DNA from: Sphingomonadaceae bacterium
GTDB taxonomy: Bacteria > Pseudomonadota > Alphaproteobacteria > Sphingomonadales > Sphingomonadaceae
Direction of reading: 5' to 3'
Length of the DNA stretch: 53,201 nt
Assembly: GCA_024645025.1 (NCBI GenBank)
Contig: JAHEGQ010000001.1
Span: 22,409 to 75,609 of the forward strand
The notes beneath the pieces were generated by a model, which was not told where the DNA came from, did not search any database, and was given only the letters and a program-made list of their open reading frames with translations. The translations under genes and the position numbers were made by a program. Positions 30,545 through 41,565 of this stretch are shown here, one piece after another; position 1 is the first letter of the stretch, and every line of letters begins with the position of its first letter.

Positions 30545-30738
30545 CCCTCGACAGCGGCCTTGGCGGCGATTTCAACCGTCGCATAGGGTTCTTGGCGCGT
30601 CACGCTCCAATAGCGGAGCGACTCAAGGGGGATGGCCTCGCCCGATTTGGCGCACACGACATGATCACCGGGCGCCAGCACGCGAAAGCCATTGGCAAGA
30701 TACATCAGCTTTGCAGTGCGGCCTTGGGACATCAACAT
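30541..30738 (-). CDS. DUF2093 family protein
   Basis: PGDHVVCA.SGEAIPLE.LRYWSV.RQEPYA; SD AAGGAAG. Confidence 0.85.
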   Translation of the reverse strand: MLMSQGRTAKLMYLANGFRVLAPGDHVVCAKSGEAIPLESLRYWSVTRQEPYATVEIAAKAAVEG

Positions 30739-30751
30739 TCTACTTCCTTGG

Positions 30752-32119
30752 TCAGAACAGGTTGCCCTGTCCGGGCTTTGTTTGCCCATAGGCGGCTCCT
30801 TCGCCCGGCTCAACCTTTGCGGCGATCCGGCCATCGGCAAAATGCAGCACCAATGCGCCGGCAGCTTGGGCAGCGGTCGCACTGGTTACTGTGCCGCCGT
30901 CTTGCGCTTCGACCCGCGCATAGCCCCGTTCCAGCACCCTATCAGGGTTGAGCGAGGTTGCGACGCGCCACAATTGGTCCAACCGGGCACGGTCCGCCTC
31001 TAGCCGCTGTGTCAGCATAGCGGGGCGCAACGCACCCGCCACCCGGGCAAGGTCGCCACGGGCATCCGACGTCACATGGGATAGGCCCCGCCGCAGCCGA
31101 TCGCCCAGATCATCCGTGCGCTGACGATGGGGCCCCAGCAGCGTGTCTGCCGTTGGCAGCCGCCGTGCCATGGCCTCCAGCCGCTCGCCCGCGCGTTCCC
31201 GATAGCGTTGGACACAGCGCAGGCCGCGTGCGCCCAAGGTCTGGAGACCCGCCAGCAAGTCGGCCCTGACAGGCACGGCAAGCTCTGCCGCAGCCGTTGG
31301 CGTCGGTGCGCGCACATCAGCGGCAAAATCGCACAGCGTTGTATCCGTTTCATGCCCGACGGCGGAAATGATCGGGATGGTGGATCCCGCCACTGCGCGC
31401 ACAACGACTTCTTCGTTAAAGCCCCAAAGGTCCTCGATGGACCCGCCACCGCGCGCGACGATCACCAGATCGGGCCGGTCTGGCCCTTGCATTTCTGAAA
31501 ATCCATTGACGGCGGCGGCAACCTGCTGGGCAGAGCCTTGGCCCTGCACCAGCACCGGCCAGACAAGGACGCGCGTCGGGCAACGATCGGCCAGCCGATG
31601 CAGGATGTCGCGGATCACCGCCCCGGTGGGGGATGTCACAACCCCAATGGTGCGCGGCAGAAAGGGTAAGGGGCGCTTTCGTTCCGGCGCGAAAAGCCCT
31701 TCGGCGGCAAGTCGCGCCTTCAGCTTTTCCAGCAGCGCCAACAGCGCGCCTTCGCCCGCAATTTCCATCGTATCGACGACAATTTGATATTTGGACCGGC
31801 TGGGAAAAGTTGTCAGCTTGCCGGTTGCGATCACCTCAATCCCGTCTTGCGGGGCAAAGGCCAGGCGCGCGGTGCTGCCCTTCCACATGATTGCATCCAT
31901 CGCCGCCGCTTCATCCTTAAGCGCGAAATAAAGATGCCCCGATGCGGCGCGCTTATAGCCCGAAATCTCCCCCCGAATGCGGACATGGGCAAAGCCTTGC
32001 TCCACATGGCGCTTCAGAGCGGCCGAAATTTCACTGACAGACAACGCGCCTGCATTGTCCCCTGCGCGTTCGCCCGCTAACAGGCCCATCTTGCCTTCGG
32101 GCGCGTCATCAAGGGGCAT
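30752..32119 (-). CDS. xseA: Exodeoxyribonuclease VII large subunit
   Basis: GEIS...[27 protein letters not shown] and APTPTAAAE motifs; start ambiguous (32119/32131/32137). Confidence 0.95.
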   Translation of the reverse strand: MPLDDAPEGKMGLLAGERAGDNAGALSVSEISAALKRHVEQGFAHVRIRGEISGYKRAASGHLYFALKDEAAAMDAIMWKGSTARLAFAPQDGIEVIATGKLTTFPSRSKYQIVVDTMEIAGEGALLALLEKLKARLAAEGLFAPERKRPLPFLPRTIGVVTSPTGAVIRDILHRLADRCPTRVLVWPVLVQGQGSAQQVAAAVNGFSEMQGPDRPDLVIVARGGGSIEDLWGFNEEVVVRAVAGSTIPIISAVGHETDTTLCDFAADVRAPTPTAAAELAVPVRADLLAGLQTLGARGLRCVQRYRERAGERLEAMARRLPTADTLLGPHRQRTDDLGDRLRRGLSHVTSDARGDLARVAGALRPAMLTQRLEADRARLDQLWRVATSLNPDRVLERGYARVEAQDGGTVTSATAAQAAGALVLHFADGRIAAKVEPGEGAAYGQTKPGQGNLF

Positions 32120-32129
32120 TTGGTCGGGC

Positions 32130-33401
32130 ATGAACATCCTTCTGATCGGTAGCGGCGGACGCGAACATGCGCTTGCTTGGAAACTCGCGCAATCGCCTCT
32201 TTGCGATACACTTTACGCCGCCCCCGGCAACCCCGGCATCGCGCAGAGCGCCCGGTGCATCACGCTTGATGTGACCGACCATGAGGCCGTGATCGCCTTT
32301 GCGCGGGAAAAGGGCATCGGCCTTGTCGTCATCGGCCCCGAAGCGCCATTGGTTGACGGTTTGGGCGATAGCCTAAGGGCCTTTGGCGTGCCGGTCTTTG
32401 GGCCCAGCGCCAGCGCCGCGCGGCTGGAAGGCTCTAAGGGCTTTACCAAGGATTTGTGCACCCGCGCCCATATCCCGACAGCCGCCTATGCCCGCCATGC
32501 CGATAAGGCCGCTGCGCTGGCAGATTTGGCGCGGTTCGGGTTGCCGGTTGTCATCAAGGCGGATGGGCTTGCCGCGGGCAAAGGGGTCATCATCGCGGAA
32601 ACCGCAGCCGAGGCCGAAGCGGCGATTGAGGATATGTTCGGTGGTGGCTTTGGCGATGCCGGGGCCGAAGTTGTGCTGGAAGAATTCATGGTTGGGGAAG
32701 AAGCCAGCTTCTTTGCACTGACCGATGGCCGCAGCGTTGTCCCCTTTGGCTCGGCACAGGACCATAAGCGCGTCGGCGATGGCGATACGGGTCCAAACAC
32801 GGGCGGCATGGGCGCCTATTCACCCGCCCCGGTGCTGACCCCGGCGCTGGAAGCCCGCGTGATGGCAGAGATTATCGTGCCGACGGTGGAAACCATGGCG
32901 GCAGAGGGCAACCCCTATTCTGGCGTCCTTTATGCCGGCCTGATGCTGACGGAAGCCGGGCCCAAGCTGATCGAATATAATTGCCGTTTTGGTGATCCGG
33001 AATGTCAGGTGTTGATGACCCGCTTTGAAGGCGATCTGGCCGCCTTGTTGCTGGCGATTGCCGATGGCCAATTGGCCGAGGCCGAAGCGCCCGAATTTTC
33101 AGACGACAGCGCCCTGACCATCGTTATGGCCGCCAAGGGGTATCCCGGCACGCCTGAAAAGGGCGGGGCGATCCATCTGCCCGAAACGCCCGAAGCGATG
33201 ATCTTCCATGCCGGAACCGCGATGAAGGATGGGGTGCTTGTTGCCAATGGCGGCCGCGTGCTCAACGTGACGGCGCGGGGTGAAACGGTGACACAAGCGC
33301 AGGCACGGGCCTATGCTGCGGTCGACGCGGTTGATTTTCCATCCGGCTTTTGCCGTCGCGATATTGGCTGGCGCGAAGTCGCCCGCGAAAAAGGCGCCTA
33401 A
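32130..33401 (+). CDS. purD: Phosphoribosylamine-glycine ligase
   Basis: [31 protein letters not shown] and [10 protein letters not shown] motifs. Confidence 0.97.
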   Translation: MNILLIGSGGREHALAWKLAQSPLCDTLYAAPGNPGIAQSARCITLDVTDHEAVIAFAREKGIGLVVIGPEAPLVDGLGDSLRAFGVPVFGPSASAARLEGSKGFTKDLCTRAHIPTAAYARHADKAAALADLARFGLPVVIKADGLAAGKGVIIAETAAEAEAAIEDMFGGGFGDAGAEVVLEEFMVGEEASFFALTDGRSVVPFGSAQDHKRVGDGDTGPNTGGMGAYSPAPVLTPALEARVMAEIIVPTVETMAAEGNPYSGVLYAGLMLTEAGPKLIEYNCRFGDPECQVLMTRFEGDLAALLLAIADGQLAEAEAPEFSDDSALTIVMAAKGYPGTPEKGGAIHLPETPEAMIFHAGTAMKDGVLVANGGRVLNVTARGETVTQAQARAYAAVDAVDFPSGFCRRDIGWREVAREKGA

Positions 33402-33407
33402 GTCGCC

Positions 33408-33830
33408 TTAGCCTTCCCGGTGATAGGGGTGGCCAGCGATAATGCTGGTTGCGCGGTAGAGCTGTTCCACCAGCATGGCGCGGGCCAGCATATGGGGCCA
33501 AGTGGCTTTGCCAAAAGCGATGAAATCATCCGCAGCGGCGCGTTCCTCGTCTGTCAGGCCGTCCGCGGCACCAATGAGAAAGCGCACTTCGCGCGTGCCA
33601 GTGTCGCGCCATTTTTCCAGCCGCTGCGCCAGTTCCAGCGAACTGAGGTGCGCGCCGGTTTCATCCATCGCGACGATGCGCGTGCCGGGCGCAAGCGGCG
33701 GGTGCTTGCCACCAATGTCGGGCAATTCGGTAATCTGAAACGGCCAGGTTAACCGCTTGGCATATCGGGCAATCAGATCGGCCTCAGGGGATCGGCCGAT
33801 CTTGCCGCGGGCGACGATATGAAGCTTCAA
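33408..33830 (-). CDS. rlmH: 23S rRNA m3Psi1915 methyltransferase
   Basis: IGAADG, TWPHMLAR...EQLYRA and GHPYHREG motifs; TTG start overlapping the rsfS stop. Confidence 0.95.
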   Translation of the reverse strand: MKLHIVARGKIGRSPEADLIARYAKRLTWPFQITELPDIGGKHPPLAPGTRIVAMDETGAHLSSLELAQRLEKWRDTGTREVRFLIGAADGLTDEERAAADDFIAFGKATWPHMLARAMLVEQLYRATSIIAGHPYHREG

Positions 33831-34204
33831 GCGGCCGGTGCGTCGCCGAACGCCCACATACGTTCAAGATTGTAGAAGCTGCGCACTTCCGGGCGGAAGA
33901 GGTGGACAACAACGTCGCCAGCATCAATCAGCACCCAATCCGCATTGGGCAGGCCTTCGACACGGGCGACACGGCCGCATTGCTTCTTTATCTTTTCCTG
34001 AAGTTTTTGCGCCATGGAGGCGACCTGACGGGTCGACCGGCCACTGGCGATCACCATATGGTCGGCAATGGCGGACTTGCCGGCAAGCGGGATGGAGACC
34101 GTTTCAACAGCCTGATCATCTTCCAGCGATTCCAGAATGAGCTTGTGCAGCGTCTCCACAGAGTCGGCACCAGCGTCAGTCTTGCGTTTTGGGGCAGCGG
34201 GCAA
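33827..34204 (-). CDS. rsfS: Ribosome silencing factor
   Basis: ASGRSTRQV, WVLIDAGDVVVHLF and RSFYNLERMW motifs; TTG start with SD GAGGA. Confidence 0.95.
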   Translation of the reverse strand: MPAAPKRKTDAGADSVETLHKLILESLEDDQAVETVSIPLAGKSAIADHMVIASGRSTRQVASMAQKLQEKIKKQCGRVARVEGLPNADWVLIDAGDVVVHLFRPEVRSFYNLERMWAFGDAPAA

Positions 34205-34213
34205 AATCGATCC

Positions 34214-34843
34214 TCAATCAACAAGGCGATGCGTGACGGCATCGCGCACAGGGGTTTGGGAAATGGCGCTCGACCAATCGGGGTCATCCCGGCGAAGCGC
34301 AGTGGCGGAGGTCTTATCGGGGCGAAAGCGCAGCAGCACGAGCGCCGGCGGTCTCCACATCGTCCACTGACTAGCGGCTGACCGGGGATGGACGAAACCC
34401 CGAAGCCAGCCCATGGCGCGGCTCGCCCGGGCAGGACCATCATATCCCGGTCGGGCGATGACTGCAATCGGCATCGTCCGGGCAATGCCCCGCCAGTCTT
34501 TCCAAGCCTCAAACTGGGCCAGATTATCGGCCCCCATCAGCCAGATGAAGCGGCGTTCCGGGTGGCGTTTCGCAAGCGCCCTAAGCGTATCGATGGTAAA
34601 GCGGGTGCCCAATTGCTGTTCGATTGCGGTGGGGCGGATCGGGCTGCGGCGCGCCATGCGGCGGGCAGAGCGCAGCCGGGCCGCCAAGGGGGCCATGCCA
34701 GCTTTGGGTTTCAACGGATTTCCGGGGGAAACCAGCCACCACACCTCGTCCAGACCCAGCGCCTTGGCCGTCATCAGGCTAATCTGGCGATGTGCCGCAT
34801 GGGCAGGGTTGAACGACCCGCCAAGAAGCCCGGTCTTGATCAG
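34214..34843 (-). CDS. nadD: Nicotinate-nucleotide adenylyltransferase
   Basis: GLLGGSFNPAH, WLMGADN and SATALR motifs; probable CTG start overlapping the proA stop. Confidence 0.9.
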   Translation of the reverse strand: MIKTGLLGGSFNPAHAAHRQISLMTAKALGLDEVWWLVSPGNPLKPKAGMAPLAARLRSARRMARRSPIRPTAIEQQLGTRFTIDTLRALAKRHPERRFIWLMGADNLAQFEAWKDWRGIARTMPIAVIARPGYDGPARASRAMGWLRGFVHPRSAASQWTMWRPPALVLLRFRPDKTSATALRRDDPDWSSAISQTPVRDAVTHRLVD

Positions 34844-36102
34844 GGGCGCACCTGCCCGGTGCCACGGACGACCCACTTATAGGTCGTCAGCCCTTCCAGC
34901 GCGACAGGGCCACGGGCGTGGAGCCGGCCTGTCGCAATGCCGATTTCGGCACCCAGCCCAAATTCGCCGCCATCGGCAAATTGGGTGGAGGCGTTCCACA
35001 TGACGATGGCCGAATCGACTCCGGCCAGAAAGGATTCTGCCGTGGCCGCATCTTCGGTGATGATCGCGTCCGTATGGTGCGAGCCATGGGTGGCGATATG
35101 CGCCATGGCGCCCGCGACGCCATCGACAAAATTGATGGCGCAAATCGCGTCCAGATATTCGGTGCCCCAATCGTCGTCGCTTGCCGGCACGACGCGCGGG
35201 TCCAGCGCCATGGCTTCTGGCGTGCCGCGCAGTTCGCAGCCTGCATCTGCCAGCGCCTTGATCACCTTTTGGGCCTCTGGGAAGGCGCGGTCGATCAGCA
35301 GCGTTTCCATAGCCCCGCAAATGCCGGTGCGGCGCAGCTTTGCATTGACGACAATTGCTGCGGCCTTGTCGGCGTCCGCCGCCTTGTCGACATAGCTGTG
35401 ATTAATGCCATCCAGATGCGCCAGCACCGGGACGCGCGCTTCTTCCTGCACGCGGGCGACAAGGGTCTTGCCGCCGCGCGGGATGATGATGTCGATTAGG
35501 CCATGGGCGGCCAGCATGGCGCCAACCGCGGCCCGGTCTTGCGTCGGGACCAGTTGCACCGCATCTGCGGGAAGGCCAGCCGCTGCAATGCCCGCCTGCA
35601 ACGCGTCAAAAATGGCGCGGTTGCTGTGGACGGCTTCGCTGCCACCGCGCAACAGGGCCGCATTGCCAGAAGCTAGGCACAGTGCCGCGGCATCTGCGGT
35701 GACATTGGGGCGGCTCTCATAAATAATGCCGATGACGCCCAAGGGCACGCGCACGCGTGACATATGCAGGCCATTGGGCCGCGTGCTGCAATCCATCACA
35801 TCGCCCACTGGGTCGGGCAATTGAGCAACGGCCTCTACCCCCGCTGCAATGGCTTCCAGTCGACCAGTGTCCAGCTTCAACCGGTCCAGCATGGCGGACG
35901 ATAGGCCATTGGCAGCGCCGGCTTCCAAATCCTTGGCGTTGGCGGCAAGAATTGACGGGGCGTCAGCGCGCAGATGCTGCGCCGCCTTATGCAGCGCCTC
36001 CGCCTTGCGGGCAGTGGGCGTTTGGGCCAGCACGGCCGCTGCGCTGCGCGCGCGGCGGGCCATATCGCCAATCAACTGGGTTGGATCGTTCTGGGTTTCC
36101 AT
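34840..36102 (-). CDS. proA: Glutamate-5-semialdehyde dehydrogenase
   Basis: IYESRPNVT, LRGGSEA, NASTQFADG and LHARGPV motifs. Confidence 0.96.
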   Translation of the reverse strand: METQNDPTQLIGDMARRARSAAAVLAQTPTARKAEALHKAAQHLRADAPSILAANAKDLEAGAANGLSSAMLDRLKLDTGRLEAIAAGVEAVAQLPDPVGDVMDCSTRPNGLHMSRVRVPLGVIGIIYESRPNVTADAAALCLASGNAALLRGGSEAVHSNRAIFDALQAGIAAAGLPADAVQLVPTQDRAAVGAMLAAHGLIDIIIPRGGKTLVARVQEEARVPVLAHLDGINHSYVDKAADADKAAAIVVNAKLRRTGICGAMETLLIDRAFPEAQKVIKALADAGCELRGTPEAMALDPRVVPASDDDWGTEYLDAICAINFVDGVAGAMAHIATHGSHHTDAIITEDAATAESFLAGVDSAIVMWNASTQFADGGEFGLGAEIGIATGRLHARGPVALEGLTTYKWVVRGTGQVRP

Positions 36103-36178
36103 GCCCGTCGGGTAGCAAAGCGCCCGCCAAAACGCAAAAGCGGCTGACAAGGCGTTTTCGGCCTGCAATATTGCCTGC

Positions 36179-37429
36179 ATGACAGAAAATATCGACGCAT
36201 TGGGGGATTTGGCGACAGGCGCGCTCTTGGCCCGCGCGGTAGAGCCGGGTGCGGGCGAAGGGCAAGGGATTGTCAGCGGGGCGTGCCGCAATTGCGGGGT
36301 GGCCCTGTCAGGGCCCTATTGCAGCGCCTGCGGCCAAAAGGCGCAGGTGCATCGCACGCTGGGCGAATTCGCCCATGACATTGCGCATGGGGTGTTCCAT
36401 TTCGATGGCAAGATCTGGCGGACGCTGCCGCTGCTGGCATGGCGGCCCGGTGATTTGACCCGCCGCTATGTTCATGGCGAGCGGGCAAAATTTGTGTCGC
36501 CCTTTGCACTATTTCTGTTCAGCGTCTTTTTGATGGTCGCAGTCTTTGGGTGGGCAGGGCCTGCGGGGCCGACATTGGGGGCGCCATTGTCGGCGCAGCA
36601 GGCGGCCAGCGCGCGGACGCAGGAACTTGCTGATCTGGCAACAGAGATTGCCCGGCTGGAGGCGCTTAAGAAAGCGTCGACAAGCGCGTCTTCGGTTTGG
36701 ATCGATGGCGAACTGAACCGGATCAGGGCCCATCGGGTAGCGGTTCAAAACGCCCCCTTGGCCCGCACAGGCCGCGAAGCGGCCGAATCGGGGCTGGCGG
36801 TTGTTCGGCTAAAGGCGCAGGCAGAACTGGCTGGCCTCAAGGCCCGCCGGGCAGAAGCGCTGAAGGCGGGCCGGTCTGTGGCAGAACTGGATCAGGATAT
36901 TGCCGCGCTGGAAACCGGCCAAAAATTCATGATGGGCGCGGCGGGCACGTTGGGACCAGAGGGCTTCCAAGTCGATCGCCTGAAGATCGATCTGGGTATT
37001 CCGGCTTTGAATGCGCTGATCCGGCATGGCCTTCAGAACCCGCAACTGACGCTATATAAAATTCAGTCCAACGCCTATAAGTTTTCATGGGCGCTGATCC
37101 CGATTTCGGTGCCTTTTGTGTGGCTGTTGTTCTTCTGGCGGCGCGATCTACACCTGTTCGACCACGCGGTGTTTGTCACCTATTCCATCGCCTTTATGTC
37201 GTTGCTCGCCAGCGCGTGCGTCCTGGCTATCCAGTTTCCAACGACCGCCTTTGCCGGTGGCGTGCTGCTGATCCTTTACCCGGTTTTCCATATGTATCGG
37301 CAGTTGCGCGGCGCCTATCACATCGGGCGGGGCGGGGCGGCCCTGCGCACTGCCTTGCTGGCTGGATTTTCCGCCGCGGCTTTGCTGCTTTTTGGGACGC
37401 TGGTTCTGGCGCTGGGATTGACCCATTAG
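36179..37429 (+). CDS. DUF3667 family membrane protein
   Basis: CRNCG...YCSACGQ zinc ribbon; RPGDLTRRY..GER; multiple TM helices. Confidence 0.85.
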   Translation: MTENIDALGDLATGALLARAVEPGAGEGQGIVSGACRNCGVALSGPYCSACGQKAQVHRTLGEFAHDIAHGVFHFDGKIWRTLPLLAWRPGDLTRRYVHGERAKFVSPFALFLFSVFLMVAVFGWAGPAGPTLGAPLSAQQAASARTQELADLATEIARLEALKKASTSASSVWIDGELNRIRAHRVAVQNAPLARTGREAAESGLAVVRLKAQAELAGLKARRAEALKAGRSVAELDQDIAALETGQKFMMGAAGTLGPEGFQVDRLKIDLGIPALNALIRHGLQNPQLTLYKIQSNAYKFSWALIPISVPFVWLLFFWRRDLHLFDHAVFVTYSIAFMSLLASACVLAIQFPTTAFAGGVLLILYPVFHMYRQLRGAYHIGRGGAALRTALLAGFSAAALLLFGTLVLALGLTH

Positions 37430-37477
37430 TGCGCGCTGATCGCGGGCGGGGCTTAGGCCCCGCACCGCGGCTCAGCC

Positions 37478-39427
37478 TTAGGCGCCTTCGGTTGCTGGGC
37501 CACCAACATTGCCCGCGTTGCGGCGGGTTTTGGGAATGGATGTGCCGCCGGGACGCAGCGTGGGTGCTGGCGGCTTGCCGGCGCCCGACCGGTCAGGACG
37601 GGTGCCGTTTTCCAACAGCGCCTTGATTTCGTCGCCAGACAATGTTTCGTATTCCAGCAGCGCTTCGGCCAACATGTGCAGTTGCTGCAAATGTTTTTTG
37701 AGCAGCTTTTTAGCCTGATTATAGCCGCCCTCGACGATACGCTTGATCTCTTGATCGATCATCACCGCCGTCTCGTTCGACATTTGGCGGCCGCGGTTCA
37801 TTGAATATCCCAGAAAAACTTCTTCGTCTGCTTCGGCATATTGCAGTGGCCCCAGCAGGTCTGACATCCCCCAGCGCGTGACCATGTCGCGGGCAAGGTT
37901 GGTGGCATATTGAATGTCTGACGACGCGCCGGATGACACCTTGTCATAGCCAAAGATCAGTTCTTCGGCCACGCGCCCACCCATCGCGACAGACAGGTTC
38001 GCGTACATCTTGTCGCGGTGATAGCTGTAATTATCGCGTTCCGGCAGGCGCATCACCATGCCAAGCGCCCGGCCGCGCGGGATGATCGTGGCTTTGTGGA
38101 TGGGATCAGAGGCCGCTTCATGGATCGACACAATCGCATGGCCCGCTTCGTGATAGGCGGTCATGCGCTTTTCGTCCTCGGTCATGACCATGGACTTGCG
38201 TTCCGCACCCATCATGACCTTGTCTTTGGCCTCTTCGAATTCGGCCATCGCGACAAGGCGCTTGCCCTTGCGGGCGGCTGTCAAAGCAGCTTCGTTGACA
38301 AGGTTGGCAAGGTCCGCACCCGAAAAGCCGGGCGTACCGCGCGCAATAACACGGGCATCGACATCGGGGGCGAGCGGCACCTTCTTCATATGGACGCTCA
38401 AAATCTTTTCGCGGCCCTCAATGTCGGGACGGGGCACCACGACCTGACGGTCAAAGCGGCCCGGCCGCAGCAGGGCGGGGTCCAGCACATCGGGCCGGTT
38501 GGTCGCGGCGATGATGATGATGCCTTCATTGGCTTCAAAGCCGTCCATTTCCACCAAAAGCTGGTTCAGCGTCTGTTCGCGTTCATCATTGCCATTGCCA
38601 AGGCCCGCGCCACGATGACGGCCAACGGCGTCAATTTCGTCGATAAAGACGATGCAGGGCGCAGATTTCTTGGCTTGTTCAAACATATCGCGCACGCGGC
38701 TGGCGCCGACGCCCACAAACATTTCAACAAAGTCCGACCCCGAAATCGTGAAGAAGGGGACATTGGCCTCCCCCGCAATCGCACGGGCGAGCAGCGTCTT
38801 GCCCGTGCCTGGCGAACCGACGAGCAGCGCGCCCTTGGGGATTTTGCCGCCAAGGCGGGAAAATTTGCTGGGGTCCTTCAGAAAGTCGACGATTTCCTGA
38901 AGCTCTTCGCGCGCTTCGTCGATGCCTGCGACATCGTCGAAGGTGACGCGTCCCTGCTTTTCGGTCAGCATTTTGGCCCGGCTCTTGCCAAAGCCCATTG
39001 CGCCAGATCCCGCGCCCTTTTGCATCTGGCGCATGACCAGAAAGCCCAAGCCGATGAAAAGAAGGATCGGCAGCGATTGATACAGCAGGAACTGCAGGAA
39101 AGAGGGGCTTTCTTCCGGCTTGCCGGTGAATTCGACACCCGCGGCAATCATCCGCTGGGCGAATTGCGGATCGGGCACGGCATAGGTTTTGAAGTCCTCG
39201 CCATTTTTCAGGGTCCCCGAAATGACGTCGCCTGATTGAACAACGGATTTGACAGTGCCTTGCTCCACCCGGGACACGAAGTCCGAATAGGCGATCGCCT
39301 GCCCCGCATTGGACGAACTACGCCCCTCGAAAATTGATACAAACAGCGCGAGTGCCGCCAATATAGCGACCCAGATGGCGAGGCTGCGCATCCAAGGTGA
39401 CATTTGAGGGCCCTTGTCTTCGTCCAT
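37478..39427 (-). CDS. ftsH: ATP-dependent zinc metalloprotease FtsH
   Basis: Two TM helices, [19 protein letters not shown] and HEAGH motifs. Confidence 0.99.
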   Translation of the reverse strand: MDEDKGPQMSPWMRSLAIWVAILAALALFVSIFEGRSSSNAGQAIAYSDFVSRVEQGTVKSVVQSGDVISGTLKNGEDFKTYAVPDPQFAQRMIAAGVEFTGKPEESPSFLQFLLYQSLPILLFIGLGFLVMRQMQKGAGSGAMGFGKSRAKMLTEKQGRVTFDDVAGIDEAREELQEIVDFLKDPSKFSRLGGKIPKGALLVGSPGTGKTLLARAIAGEANVPFFTISGSDFVEMFVGVGASRVRDMFEQAKKSAPCIVFIDEIDAVGRHRGAGLGNGNDEREQTLNQLLVEMDGFEANEGIIIIAATNRPDVLDPALLRPGRFDRQVVVPRPDIEGREKILSVHMKKVPLAPDVDARVIARGTPGFSGADLANLVNEAALTAARKGKRLVAMAEFEEAKDKVMMGAERKSMVMTEDEKRMTAYHEAGHAIVSIHEAASDPIHKATIIPRGRALGMVMRLPERDNYSYHRDKMYANLSVAMGGRVAEELIFGYDKVSSGASSDIQYATNLARDMVTRWGMSDLLGPLQYAEADEEVFLGYSMNRGRQMSNETAVMIDQEIKRIVEGGYNQAKKLLKKHLQQLHMLAEALLEYETLSGDEIKALLENGTRPDRSGAGKPPAPTLRPGGTSIPKTRRNAGNVGGPATEGA

Positions 39428-39452
39428 AGTTCAATCTGCCTTTCGTCCCTCA

Positions 39453-39479
39453 AGATAGGCGTCCGCCGCGCAATGACAA
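39453..39479 (-). promoter_or_regulatory. Putative RpoH promoter of ftsH
   Basis: TTGTCA-N14-CCTATCT; ftsH is a typical heat-shock gene. Confidence 0.5.
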
Positions 39480-39488
39480 TGCAACGTA

Positions 39489-40451
39489 TCAGGAATTTCT
39501 TCCTGTTGGTCGCGGCGGCGGCGCGGTTTCGAAGGTCCAGACCCGTCCGCCCCCGCATTTAACGCCAGCCAATGTGTGCGTGCCGCCCCGCATCAAGGCG
39601 GCACTTAAGCGTCGCACCTCATCGTCCCGCGGGGCTGCTTTCGGGGCCACCAGGCGCAGACAGGCCAGAAGCAGACGCAATTGGATGGCTTGGGGCAGGT
39701 CAGATACATCAACCTGTAACCGTCCCTTGACGTCGGTGCGCTGGCGACGGCCCAGTTCCGAGGCAACGGCCCAGTCCAGCGCGGCATCGGCTTGCGCCAA
39801 GGCATCGGCCGATCGAACGGCCGCGCGTGGGTCGAGCCAATCAACCCCAGCCAAGGCTTTGCGCAGGCGGGCGCGGTCAAAACGGTCATCGCGGTTGGAC
39901 GGGTCATCCACCGCGGGCAGGCCCATGTCGTGGACCAGTGCCTGTAAGTCGGCCTTGGTCCACCCCAAAAGGGGACGCAGCACCCGGCCTTGGCGGGCGC
40001 GAATACCCGCAAGGCCCGCAACACCGGCCCCCCGGTTGAGCCGCATCAGCAGCGTTTCCAGCTGGTCGTCGGCATGATGGGCGGTTGCCAGATGATCCAG
40101 CTGACGCGCCTTGCGCCATGTTTCCAGCGCGGCGTAGCGGGCCTGGCGTGCCCAAGCGGACACATTGCCTTTAGGGGGGGCTGCAGGGTGCAGAGTGGCA
40201 TGTGGAATGCCGATTTGGGCGCAGATTTCGGCAACCCTTTGCGCCTCGGTTGCCGCTTCGGGGCGCAAGCCATGATCAACGGTTGCCGCTTCAACACCCG
40301 GACAGGTGCTATGCGCCAGAACCAAAAGGGCTAGGCTGTCGGGCCCACCGGAAATGGCAAGTCCCAAGCGCCCGGGACCATCTGGAACAAGGGCCGTCAG
40401 GTCATCCTGAAAACGGGCGCATAGCGCCGGATCAGGCGACAGGGCCGTCAT
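39489..40451 (-). CDS. tilS: tRNA(Ile)-lysidine synthase
   Basis: SGGPDS PP-loop, VDHGLR, HHADDQ.ET, RPLL and DPSN motifs. Confidence 0.95.
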   Translation of the reverse strand: MTALSPDPALCARFQDDLTALVPDGPGRLGLAISGGPDSLALLVLAHSTCPGVEAATVDHGLRPEAATEAQRVAEICAQIGIPHATLHPAAPPKGNVSAWARQARYAALETWRKARQLDHLATAHHADDQLETLLMRLNRGAGVAGLAGIRARQGRVLRPLLGWTKADLQALVHDMGLPAVDDPSNRDDRFDRARLRKALAGVDWLDPRAAVRSADALAQADAALDWAVASELGRRQRTDVKGRLQVDVSDLPQAIQLRLLLACLRLVAPKAAPRDDEVRRLSAALMRGGTHTLAGVKCGGGRVWTFETAPPPRPTGRNS

Positions 40452-40466
40452 CCACCGCTGAGCAGC

Positions 40467-41507
40467 TTAGTTGCACTTGGCGTCGGCACGGCCCTTGGCA
40501 ACCTTGGTCTGCAAGTCTGCCGAGGCGGTCGCGCCATAGACATCCCGAAACTCGTCATAGACCTTGCACGCATCGGGCAGTTTTTTCAGCTTGGTCAGGG
40601 CTACGCCCAAAAAATAAAGGCTGTCTGCCGCCCGCTCTCCCTTGGGGTTTTTTGTGTAATTGTCATAAAAAGCAACCGAGGCGAGCGCCGGCTTGCCTTC
40701 ATCCAAATAAGCGCGGCCCAACAGGTTCTGGGCAAAGCTACCCCGCTTGTGGCGCGGATATTTGCTCGCAAACTCTTTCAGCTTGGCCTGCGCCTCGGGG
40801 TAAAGACCCGCCTGCCAAAGCCGGAAGGCATAGCTGTACATATCTTCGCCGGCATCGCCGGAAGCCGGGATTTCAATGGCGTTGATCAGTGCCTTGCGGC
40901 GGTCGGGCGATAAGCCGCTGGTGTTGGGCGTGGGCATTGCCGGCGCGGGTTTGGGCGCTGCGGCCTGTGCGGCAGCGGCCTGCGGCGCTGCTGTCTGCTG
41001 TGCCGGGGTGCTCTGCGGCGCGGGCGGCGGAACGGTGGGGCGGGTGGCAACCGGATTTGCAGGGATGGCATCGACCGGGCTCGGGGCAGGGGTTTCGACC
41101 AGCGCTGCTGATGCTGATTGCGGCGCCGAAGGTTCCAGCGCCCTCAACCGGGCTTCAATCGCGCTCGCCAAAGCCTGATAGCCATCTTCCAGACGGCGAA
41201 TACGGTTGCTGTTGGTTTCAACCTGGCCCGTCAAATTCTGCAATTGGGCCTCTAATGCATCAACCCGCGCCGTCAGGTCTGCGAGCGGAAGCGTGGCCGG
41301 TGCAGCGGTCGCGGGCGCGGCCTGCGGGGTAATATCGGGCTGGAGCGGGGCGCCCGCTGGAAAGACTTTGCGCTGGACGGCCTTCATTTCCTTTTCCAGC
41401 TTATTGACCCGGCTGTCGATGGATGGCGCGGGCTGGGTGGATTGGGCGGCCAAGGGCGCCGCCGCAACCGCAGAAAGCAGGACGAGGGACATCAGGGCTT
41501 TACGCAT
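40467..41507 (-). CDS. cpoB: CpoB/YbgF-like Tol-Pal TPR protein
   Basis: Signal peptide, coiled coil, Pro/Ala linker and C-terminal TPRs; upstream of tilS. Confidence 0.8.
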   Translation of the reverse strand: MRKALMSLVLLSAVAAAPLAAQSTQPAPSIDSRVNKLEKEMKAVQRKVFPAGAPLQPDITPQAAPATAAPATLPLADLTARVDALEAQLQNLTGQVETNSNRIRRLEDGYQALASAIEARLRALEPSAPQSASAALVETPAPSPVDAIPANPVATRPTVPPPAPQSTPAQQTAAPQAAAAQAAAPKPAPAMPTPNTSGLSPDRRKALINAIEIPASGDAGEDMYSYAFRLWQAGLYPEAQAKLKEFASKYPRHKRGSFAQNLLGRAYLDEGKPALASVAFYDNYTKNPKGERAADSLYFLGVALTKLKKLPDACKVYDEFRDVYGATASADLQTKVAKGRADAKCN

Positions 41508-41565
41508 CGAATATGAACCTTTGACCAAATCAGACGTCAGAATGTGAAACAGGGTAAGGGGCGGA

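Noticed and set aside
40900-41150. Repeat-like GCG/CCG-rich tract
   Set aside because: It encodes the Pro/Ala linker of CpoB and is not a DNA repeat.
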